Assembly (NCBI GenBank): GCA_951406725.2
Contig: OX597832.1
Location: 13,888,001 to 13,952,000, forward strand
Direction of reading: 5' to 3'
Source of the DNA: Octopus vulgaris
Lineage: Eukaryota
DNA length: 64,000 nucleotides
Below are positions 53,136 through 64,000 of the stretch, piece after piece. A model generated the notes under the pieces. It was not told the origin of the DNA. It searched no databases and saw nothing but the letters and a program-made list of their open reading frames with translations. How positions within the stretch are numbered: the first letter of the stretch is position 1; each line of letters opens with the position of its first letter. Position numbers and translations under genes: made by a program.

Positions 53136-55429
53136 ATATGAATTTATAAAGATATAGTTGTATTTAAATGTGTGTGTAGGTGTGTTGATGAAATTGTTAA
53201 GACATGTCAAAAAGTATTAACTATATTTGTGTTTTGACAGTTTAAAGATAAGATATATGCGTTAGGATCAAAATGATTTTTCTAGGTCTTCATAAAACGT
53301 CTAAATTATTTTAGTCGTAAATTCATAAAAAAATGACTTTATCGTTCAACAGATAAACTACAGTATTCAAAGTACAAATATTGTCATAGGAGATGTAAAA
53401 TTGAAACTAACGTATAAGTTGTTATATCAAATAACTGTGAATGCTCAACAAGTCGATACCTAAGGTTTTACAGAAATATATATATGAGTGTATATGTATC
53501 TGTGTGGGTGTGAGTTTGTGAATATCTGTGGCTATGTTATCATGATGTCTTGCTTATACTTACGCATGTATGTATGAAGGTATGGGTGGATTGTTTGTTA
53601 AGTTATTTGGAAGATGTGTACAGCTGTATCCATGAATTTATGTTTAGACGTACCTCAAAGATTCCCTGTACCGTGTATGGTTATTAAATTCATGTTGTTG
53701 CTGTAGGGGCTTTTGGATTTGCGAAAATTCTTCAATCACTTCTTATTATTGCTTAATCCTCCATCAGTTCGTTACCTGACAATCAAAAGCTGATTTTACA
53801 TTCCATTGAGGAGACGCTAATGGCAAACCGGACTATGAACTTAAAAACCATCCACAAAGATTCAGTAAAACTGACGCGTCGATATTAAAGGAAATATTCA
53901 ACACACATTACAGTCAAACACTATATCAAACTATATATCTTCAGATACGTACTCGAATCTTGGATTGGATGACTGGAGTTGTTAAGGCATTGGGGTATAT
54001 ATTATAAACTTACCATCATGTCCGAATTCGGTAATACTACACTTAAACTCTCGACGATATTTGAATTAAACGGGGAATATTTAGGGTTAACTTAACACCA
54101 CTGATTAGGAAGTTTTAAGGTAGATTCTGCTTTACATAGAAGAATGAGCAATAGATGTTGCAAAGTACAAGTTTTATACCTGGTTATCTTATACACTGAT
54201 GGTTAAATCATCTCTATTGCCATAATACTTCATTTATATTACCATAAATCTATTAAAACCATTAATATCGCATACGTGATAAACATTAGAAAATCAAGAG
54301 TCGAAGAAATAAAATAATTTACATTATATCATTGCTTACTCTCATTAAAAGGAGAAGAACACTGTGGATACTGCAGTTCTCTTTATATTTTGCTTAAGGT
54401 GAGGAAAGAAATGCTATCTGTCGGCAAAATTAATTTGATTATACTACAGCTTCATCAGCATTTTCCTACGGGATAAAATCAAATCGTATCCTTTACAGAA
54501 AATAAGTCTTCCACATTATAATCACGTACTGTAGAATAGAAGTATCCATTTTAGTGTCGTAGAAATTTCTGGATGAGTATAACTAATAGCGATATAACAT
54601 TTATGAGATAAATATATCATATACACTATAGAATTACACAGGTTTCCTTCTACATATACTTTCTGACACAATATGAATATGAATATGATGATACAACATC
54701 AATACGTCCATTAGATATATATTCTATTCCTTCTAGCTAGAAAATGATAGTGTGCATACATAAGTAGTGCTATGATCTAAAATGTGCATGACTTGAGAGA
54801 AAGACGCACCCTCTAAATCCACCAGTAGCATCTGCATCATTACCATAGTTTCGTCTTCGTCGCATTGCAGCTTATATTTTTTTCTTTTTTAGAAATGATA
54901 CATTTTAGTGAGAGAAACGTCATAACCAAAAAGAGAAACGCCTTCAGAAGCTATACTGGTGTGGGTGGGGTGATGAACGATACATATCTATATGCGGAAA
55001 ATATGCAGAGTTGTGAGTCAAACTATATATTTGCCGACGAAATACCCACACACCAAACGCAAGGACACATATATAGAAACAGAACACGCATATACGTATA
55101 CACACAAACACACACACACACATATATATATGTATATATATATATATACATATATACATTTATTATACATACATATATATATATATACATATATACATTT
55201 ATTATACATACATATATATATATATATTTATACACGATACATACAAACACACGCACGCGCTCATATATAGATAGACAATCACATATCTATAGTTATATAA
55301 TATATATATACGTAGTAATTATACATAATACATACATTCACACACATAGATACACACACACGTATATTGATAACACACGCACACACACATGCATATATGG
55401 TGTATATATACATATAAATAAATAAATAA

Positions 55430-55500
<71 letters not shown>

Positions 55501-55990
55501 TTCATTGCTGGACGCCTATATATACATTTCACTGCGAAATATTTTAGAGTCCTTAAAGCCATCATAAAAATAAATATTCAAGATAAATTGTATAAATGAA
55601 TTGAAATATAAAAATCGAAAAGAGATGAGAATTTACAGAAATATGAATTACAATCTCTGAATAGCTAAATTTTTCATACGTGATCTGAATATATCTAAAA
55701 ACAGTGAGCAACACCCACTTTTCCTGCGAATAAAAACGTGAGCTGCATGTCATGCTTCATTAGGTTCTCTCTGAAAATCGCAGGAAATATATATTGTGCA
55801 ACTTTTTCTCTACTACGAAATTAAAATATATGTCACTTTTCGAAGCTTGTGTAACATTTATAGACATGTATTCGTACATACCTATGTATATATTTATTAA
55901 TGTTTAGCAGTCAGATATGTTGACTGTGAAGTGGAGTTTCAGTGTGCATAGCCTTCATCGTACAATCTGAGTGGGTAAAAAGATCGAAGT

Positions 55991-56410
55991 CGGCGAAGCT
56001 GGCCGAAACGTTAGCACGCCGGGGCGAAATACATAGCGGTATTTCGTCTGCCGTTACGTTCTGAGTTCAAATTCCGCCGAGGTCGACTTTGTCTTTCATC
56101 CTTTCGTGGTCGATTAAATAAGTACCAGTTGCGCACCAGGGTCGATATAATCGACTTAATCCGTTTGTCTGTCCTTATTTGTCCATTGTGCGTTTAGCCC
56201 CTTGTGGGCAGTAAAGAAATGGGTATTTCGTCTGCCGATACGTTCTGAGTTTAAATTCCACCGATGTCGACTTAGCCTTTCATCCTTTCGGGGTCGATTA
56301 AATAAGTTCCAATTACGCACTGGGGTCAATGTAATCGATTTAATCCGTTTCTCTGTCCTTCTTTGTCCCCTCTGTGTGTAGCCTCTTGTGGGCAGTAAAA
56401 GAATAAGAAA
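55991..56410 (+). mobile_element. SINE family B with tandemly duplicated ~184-bp body
   Basis: One head, then GGTATTTCGTCTGCCG..CTTGTGGGCAGTAAA twice (56038-56221 and 56222-56410). Confidence 0.92.
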
Positions 56411-56469
56411 GATCATCACTGTCAAAATATTTCTTACTGAGGAGCAATAAATATACACATAATTCTATA

Positions 56470-56560
56470 CTACTACAACCACTACTACTACTGCTGCTGC
56501 TGCTGCTACTACTGCTGCTGCTGCTACTACTACTGCTGCTGCTGCTGCTACTACTGCAGT

Positions 56561-56603
<43 letters not shown>

Positions 56604-56634
56604 GCTGCCACTGCTACTGCTGCTGCTGCTGCTG

Positions 56635-56682
<48 letters not shown>
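56470..56682. repeat. (CTA/CTG)n trinucleotide repeat
   Basis: Directly visible. Confidence 0.96.
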
Positions 56683-56683
<1 letters not shown>

Positions 56684-57589
56684 ACTCCCATGCTGCCATC
56701 ATTAGTATTTTGAACACTTATTTTTGTCAACAATAACGTAGCTCTCTTAAATAGGGTGTGATAATTTCTCCCGTTATTTTTACATTTATGAGGGAAGGTG
56801 CACCATTACTATCCTACTTAACACTGTCAAAAGGTCTTCATCTACTTTCTTGTGAGTATAATATATTGCAAGCTTCAGGACCCATAATCCGTGTATGCTC
56901 CATTGCCCTCTAAGAGTTCCCTTTCACCGGAAAGAAGCTGATTTCCTTTGGTGAGTTCTCTCCCTCTTATGAAGCATGCGTGCTCTTATATCCAAACTAA
57001 ATCCCACACAACCTTTTACTATAATGAATATCACTCATGTTATATATTTGTGAAATGGAAATTTCTCAACTCCTATCCAAAATTCGTGTCCGCAGTCTGG
57101 GTTACGCTCTTTCCATAAATTTCTCTTTAAAAATGTGGTATCTGCGCATACGTAGACTCTACATTCCTTACTTCTCACGTCTTTCTCACGCATATTGCGA
57201 CGATAACAAGGCCCATATTCTCTAGATTATAGTCTATATCCATCATTCACCATAAAAAGTTCAACTAATTTCATATAATACCAGCAAATATTTGACTCTA
57301 TCTCTCGCTGCATTGAAAACTTTTAATATCTCGCATCGGTGAAGTAATCATACTTGGTAAATGTATTACAAAATACATTGTCCTGTCAGAAAGATCTACC
57401 CTACAGATATTTTACTTTTTCAGATCTTAACATTAATTTGTTCTTACTGCTCCTAGCAAGCTTAACCATCAAGCAGACACACCAAGCACTCATGATATAT
57501 TTCTGAAACTGTATTTATATCTGCAGTATTCAGGTAATCTGACCATTAACTCGTTACAACTGCTTAACATGACGTTATATCCAGTACAA

Positions 57590-58600
57590 AGCAGCGATAG
57601 TTATGTATTGTGTTGTCCAAGAAGTTTAGAAATGACCGGAGAAGCATGAAACACGAAAAGGGAGCAGGATGTCCGTCAACATTCACTATTCATGTGCAAA
57701 TACAACAGGCTAGAGGGATGTTTCTGGGGAACTGATGAGTGACGACGATGAGGTGACACGGTTTCTGAAAATTGGCCATGGCCCTGTATACAGAATACTC
57801 CACGATAAGAATCGCTTCCATAGAGTATGTGTGAGATGGATATGAGGGGGCGTTTACGGAATCACGTACGTACAAACGTATGGAGATGTGTCAATGCCTT
57901 CTGGACTACTACAAATATGAAGGCAAACTTGTTATGGAGAGTAAAATCTTAGAAGATGAGAAATGGGTCCCTCACTTTGAGCGAGAATCCAAAGGCAGAG
58001 TATGGAATAAAATCACCTGGAATCGCCAGCTAAAAAGAAATCCAAGACTCAATCTTTCGTAGGAAAAGGTATGCTAGACGATTTCGGGACGCAAAATGGG
58101 CCATACTGGAATATTATATGGAAAACGCGTCTATAATCACTACTCTAAGTTAGAATGACATGCTACTTGACAAACTGAAACCAGCAATTCACACCAAAGA
58201 GCGAGGTCCATTGTCAAATCAAAGGCTATTTTTTCACGACAATTCCACACACGTAACTTCCTCACCCAGTTGAAAGCATTGCAAAATTGTGTTTCTAGTT
58301 TCTGGAACATTCTGCATACTGTCTAGATGTTGCCCCTTCCCACTATCAACAATTTGGACAGCTGAAACATCATTACCGATATCATCGATTTGCGACGGAC
58401 GAAGAACTGAAGTGCAGCAAGCATAAATGACTGCGCGACTAACTTAAAATCGTTCGTCTCCGATAGAATAACTAAATTTGTGGACAGCTCAAAAAACTGC
58501 ATCTAAAAGCAATGTGAATAATAATTGAAATTTTTCGAGCCTTGGTTTCAGTTTAATAAATTACTAAAGCGTGATTGCATACAATTTCTAACCTAGCGTA
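57590..58600 (+). mobile_element. Mariner remnant (another family)
   Basis: FRNDRRSMKHEKGAGCPST, DEKWVPHFERESK, FFHDNS, EHSAYCLDVAPSHYQQFG (a degenerate HPxYSPDLAPSD). Confidence 0.8.
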
Positions 58601-58806
58601 GTACATACGCCAATGCATACAGGCAGGTTTATATAATTACTTTACATTACGTATATATGGCAACTATATCATTTTTGTCTGTATGTCGACATGTGTGGTT
58701 GTGGTGATGTATATCTGTACATGAAGTATCCCTTTGTGTATTATATTTGTGCTTCTAATGATATAATCCAATTCTTAAATTTATCGATATATGTGATCAA
58801 TATCAG

Positions 58807-58871
<65 letters not shown>

Positions 58872-59002
58872 TTATACTTATGTATGTATATAAAGAGAGA
58901 GAGAAAGAGATAGAGAAGGAGAGAGGAGAAAAAGTCCGTGATATATATACATACATATACATATATATTTATGTATGTATTTATGTATGTATATGTAGTT
59001 TT

Positions 59003-59071
<69 letters not shown>

Positions 59072-59966
59072 TGACATTGACAGAGAGAGAGAGATAAAGT
59101 ATAAGATGAGAGGAACAGGCTGTAGTAACCAAAGCAACACTAAACGAATATTTACTCTATTCGTTATAAGTAATACTCATGTGTTAGAGAAATAACATGT
59201 AACATATAAGGAGAGTTGGAAGAGAAAGATAATTTGATTGCGCAACCATGAAATTGAATTCTAGTACAAACTACATAAACTTCAACGTTGAAAGGCGAAA
59301 ATATGTCTTCCCTCTGAAAGAGAACAGAAGTGTACATTGATCAGTAAGTGCTGTAGACTCCACAGTGGCAAGCCATGCTGGTAATAATCTAATTGAATTA
59401 AATATATGTTGACCAACAGCAATATTTGAAATATTTTTATCTCTGTTCACTGAAGAGCCACTGTAGAAATTCTGTTAATGCTTCCACGGACTTCTAGAAA
59501 AACTAATCTAATCGCCTAAAACATTTTATATAATACTGTGCTAAATAGAATATGAACGAAGAAAATTGCCTGGTCACAGCTGGAGTTTATATGTTTTATA
59601 TGTTTGCGAGTAAAATTGTGATTTGGGGGCTAAACTTCCAATTTAAGAGAGACAAGAATATTGATTCAACATATTAAATATTAACTGGATAAAATAATTT
59701 ATGTATAAATTTATATCTATGCATAACATTTTTTTTCTATCTGAGTGTTGTATAAGATTCTAAATATCTATGTAGATATGCATAATCGTATATATGTATC
59801 AATGTATGTATGGTGTACAGATATAGATGCATACATACATAGAAACATACATACGTACATACACACATACATAAATGCATGCATGCATACATACATACAC
59901 ACACATACATACGTACATACAAACACGCACATACATACATACACACATACATACATACCTACATAT

Positions 59967-60022
<56 letters not shown>

Positions 60023-60057
60023 TGGAACGGCCATAATAGGCCATATATATATATATA

Positions 60058-61119
60058 TATATACATTGGATTGTATATATATATATATACATTGGATTTG
60101 CACATTTTCTTCGAATGATATTCGAATAGACAATGAAAATATTTTTAGCGTAATCTTTTGAGATTTTTGTCACTTCATCTACTTTGTTTATCATTCTTTA
60201 TCATTGTTTATCATATGTCTATATGATAATGCATTGTCACGTAGAAGACCATGAACAGATTCGGCACCATCTTCTCTTTCCTTTCAATCAAAGTTCTAAA
60301 ACTGCTTAAGGAGACACCGCTATTATTTATATCACCGCGCAGAAAAAAGATTTTAGGCTTAAGGAGGAGAAGTTTGATCAGGGATTCTTCTCTTTCCGGC
60401 TGGTCTGTTTCGTTCAACGTGAGTCGATTAAATGATATTATTCACCAGAATGCGTTATAATCGAGATTACCAGCTTCTCGTAGCTGCTAATCTACGTGAT
60501 GAACAGCAAGATATTCGTGGGCAGAAATAAACATTTCTTTACCGCATCCCCACCGGTTATGACATATGGTGTCATTACATCAATATGATATATACATTGG
60601 ATTGTATATATATATATATACATTGGATTTGCACATTTTCTTCGAATGATATTCGAATAGACAATGAAAATATTTTTAGCGTAATCTTTTGAGATTTTTG
60701 TCACTTCATCTACTTTGTTTATCATTCTTTATCATTGTTTATCATATGTCTATATGATAATGCATTGTCACGTAGAAGACCATGAACAGATTCGGCACCA
60801 TCTTCTCTTTCCTTTCAATCAAAGTTCTAAAACTGCTTAAGGAGACACCGCTATTATTTATATCACCGCGCAGAAAAAAGATTTTAGGCTTAAGGAGGAG
60901 AAGTTTGATCAGGGATTCTTCTCTTTCCGGCTGGTCTGTTTCGTTCAACGTGAGTCGATTAAATGATATTATTCACCAGAATGCGTTATAATCGAGATTA
61001 CCAGCTTCTCGTAGCTGCTAATCTACGTGATGAACAGCAAGATATTCGTGGGCAGAAATAAACATTTCTTTACCGCATCCCCACCGGTTATGACATATGG
61101 TGTCATTACATCAATATGA
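60058..61119 (+). repeat. Apparently identical 531-bp tandem duplication (60058-60588, 60589-61119)
   Basis: Identical ORFs offset by 531 bp (60211/60742, 60251/60782); the internal TA run has the same length in both copies. Confidence 0.96.
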
Positions 61120-61700
61120 AGCAGAAAAAGACTGTTGCAAGTGGAAGCACGAACCGTGTCAGATCTGCAGCCATGGAGGATAATGGTCTGACTTTGTGGG
61201 ACTAAGGTGGGCTAATCCACTATAAAATGCTTGAAAACAACCACACGGTCAATGCAGAGTATTGCGTTCAATAAGTCGCACCTCCTTAACGAGGCACTCC
61301 AAGCGAAACGATCCGACCGTAAAACTAAATGTTACTTTATCTCGGTGTCGCTTTCCACTAAACCAATATTTTAACCAGAAATGCTGTTCAATTGCTCGAA
61401 AGTAAAGTTATATCACACCATCGCAAATCTCCTCATATATACTAGCTCATCTTCGAGGCTTTCTGCTTAATATTGTAGAATTGAAAACGTAGCTCGATGA
61501 ATTCCTTGAGTCAAGACCTAATAAATAATATCTTCCATAAAGACATTGCTGACAAGAAGTCAAGAAAAGTGAAGAATATATTTTTTGAATTAAAAGTATT
61601 GAGGATAATTAACGATTTAAACCTTCGTTAGACACATGGGATGCGTATTCATCCCAAAGTTTTGTAAGTGCTTGTAATTTCCATTTGCCAACTATATATT
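60088..61700 (+). mobile_element. Decayed mariner related to 18345-19442; its 5' part lies within the duplication
   Basis: MHCHVEDHEQIRHHLLFPFNQSSKTA; SGWSVSFNVSRLNDIIHQN; TGYDIWCHYIN; WD*GGLIHYKMLENNHTVNAEY. Confidence 0.75.
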
Positions 61701-62879
61701 TTGCTCCATTTCTCTACTCTTCTAACTCAGTGAGGGTATGTTGCTGGTGATATAGTGCAAACGTAGCTCAGTTATCGTGGACGTTAGACGTCGTTTTTGT
61801 CTAGTCATCCCATGTGACTAACGCGTATCAAATTTTAATTCAATGCATATCACAATAGAAATTTTCTGTTATATTAGTTTTAATGTTAATATTTATCACA
61901 AATATTTACAGATCCCCCAAAATAGTGTATTCTGTTGGTATTTTCAAAACAAATGTGATCTGAATCTAAATTGTATTAGTTTTTCCTTTATTTTATAAAC
62001 AAAATATAGTATTGTATTGTTTTATATTTATATCGATTAACTCCAAGGATTTCAAACTTCCCAGCAGTGATTGAAATAACCGAATAAGTATATTTTACCT
62101 AATGCTAAAAGAATAAATATTATTGTACTGGGGTATGTAAACACCCCGTGTGACTAACCATGTTCGTAAAGGTCAGGTGACTAACGAATGGTTAAAACAT
62201 AGAAAGAACCTTGGATATACATGGTTATTTGTGTGAGTAAGTGTAGGCTTGGGTTTCTGTGAATGCAGACGTGGGTAGGTGTATAGGTGGTATGAGTGAG
62301 AGTCTGGGCAGAATTGTATCTATTTCATGTTAAATAAATTGTTTGAAGCATTCCGAGAAGTAAACATTTGGTCAATAACAAAGAAACATAGTTAGTCTTT
62401 TGCATTTGAAAACAAAGATCGCTGATTATGTAATAACGTACTATAAAGAGAAATGCCTCGCATATTTTATGCAGATAGTGTTTATATTAGCAAACCAATT
62501 CATTTGTCTAGAAACACTACTCTAAGAATCGTAATAGACTCTTAAACATAATCAAGTGCTCCACGATAGAGCAACTGCGGTTTAAGGGCAGTTATCCACA
62601 AAATAGTCTCCATTATTTGTAAAATAATTATTGTATCTACATATCTTCAGTGCTAACCTCTCCGATTTTACCGCATTTTTCCTTTCTTTTCAATCATAAA
62701 CTATTATATCAAGACTGTTTTTTTTTTACATTGAATCGAAGGTTTGATTGAAACGTTAGGTTAAAATTCCTCGTCAGTGTGTCCGTGTATGCGTGTGCAT
62801 GAAAATATGTATTGAATAACCGAGCTAATGTTTTGACGTATCCCAACTTGGTAACCTTGTGCTAAAATCTTTAGCTTCC

Positions 62880-63200
62880 TATCGTATGTTTTATATCTGC
62901 TATAAACACATCAGACGAAAGTTTTTTTTTTTTTTCTGTCGCATTTGAAGGTGTAAATGGTTGTCGAAATTTTCGTCAGATAAACATTTCTGCTGGATTG
63001 CAAAAGAATAGCCTTCGAAATGTAACATGAGGCAACTTTTTGCAAGGCTGAGGCCAATGATATTATCATGTAGCTGAAGTGTTCTTGAAAAATATCGGCT
63101 GAGTAACATTTTTTATGGTATGTAAAATGCTTTTCGTGCAGGATTTTGATGATCCACCCTATATGAGAAAGGCTTTGAATGAATATTTGGCAACACATGA
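62880..63200 (-). mobile_element. Second remnant of the R4/Dong-like element
   Basis: HFEGYSFAIQQ, corresponding to HFEGYAFAIQEQ at ~27600. Confidence 0.6.
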
Positions 63201-64000
63201 ATACTTTGTATGGGAACTTCCTCTGAGAGTGAAACTGTCAATCCCTACGTTTCTCATTAAAATTTCACTTAATATCAGGATATGACGTAATTCCAAATGT
63301 ATGGATTGAGTATCCTCTGTATACCACGCAGGTGTTTCAGATATTTATATCAGTATCGATATTATAAATGATTCAGTTTTTTTCTTGTTTTTCATTATCT
63401 TCCAGCAGCCATTTTTTGACAGTTAGCTAAAATATCATTTAGTTACTCTGTCTTCACAGAACATTTGTATGAGTTATTTTACTCAATAGCTAGGTATCAT
63501 AGCATTCATTATGTGATGTAGAGGAAATAGAGAAATGAGCGAAGTAAATGTTTGTGGAGATTTGGAAAATGCTTTATTCTTTTGTATTTAAATGCTAATA
63601 TATTTAGATCTAATCAGTAAATACAAATTACACTATTGTATCTTGCAGGTGTGAAGTATCTAATACGATAACATATCTAAAACGAAATGACAGTGGAACT
63701 AGTGCCGCAAAAGCACAGAAACAAAACCGAAATCTCCTTAGAAATTTCGAATTGATATATTTATAAATTTGGACACAATCCATCTGTTTTCTGTTACCAA
63801 TGTGAAAACTGTTAATCATATCTTTAAGATTACTTCAATAGCAGCAACCTAGTCGGTGGATACATATGCTGGTAGTCACGACGAATATACAGGGGTTCGT
63901 ATATTTTACTCCAGTGTCAACTTGATGGCATGTACTGCTCTCTCACTCAGTGATGATGATAATAATAATAATAATGATGATGCTAATAATAACGGTAATA

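Overview
This is AT-rich, microsatellite-dense eukaryotic (animal) DNA with no supportable intact protein-coding gene. The repeat repertoire resembles an octopus/coleoid cephalopod genome, which is an inference from memory and not a search. Almost all ORFs in the track are translations of (TA)n, (CA)n, (TAGA)n or (GAT)n repeats. The window is intergenic or intronic and consists largely of decayed transposable elements: a near-complete but disrupted Penelope-like element (RT + GIY-YIG, ~3.27-5.57 kb), a second decayed Penelope-like remnant, a 5'-truncated CR1/L2-type LINE, two remnants of an R4/Dong-like retrotransposon, six mariner remnants, two Helitron-type pieces and many copies of three tRNA-headed SINE families. 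The most interesting unannotated layer is RNA-structural. Several minimal type-I hammerhead-ribozyme motifs occur, two of them with base-pair-preserving 3-8 core substitutions. Several 150-220 bp foldback palindromes sit in (TA)n tracts, and one of them is a head-to-head duplication of a hammerhead-bearing terminus. Boundaries of decayed elements are approximate.
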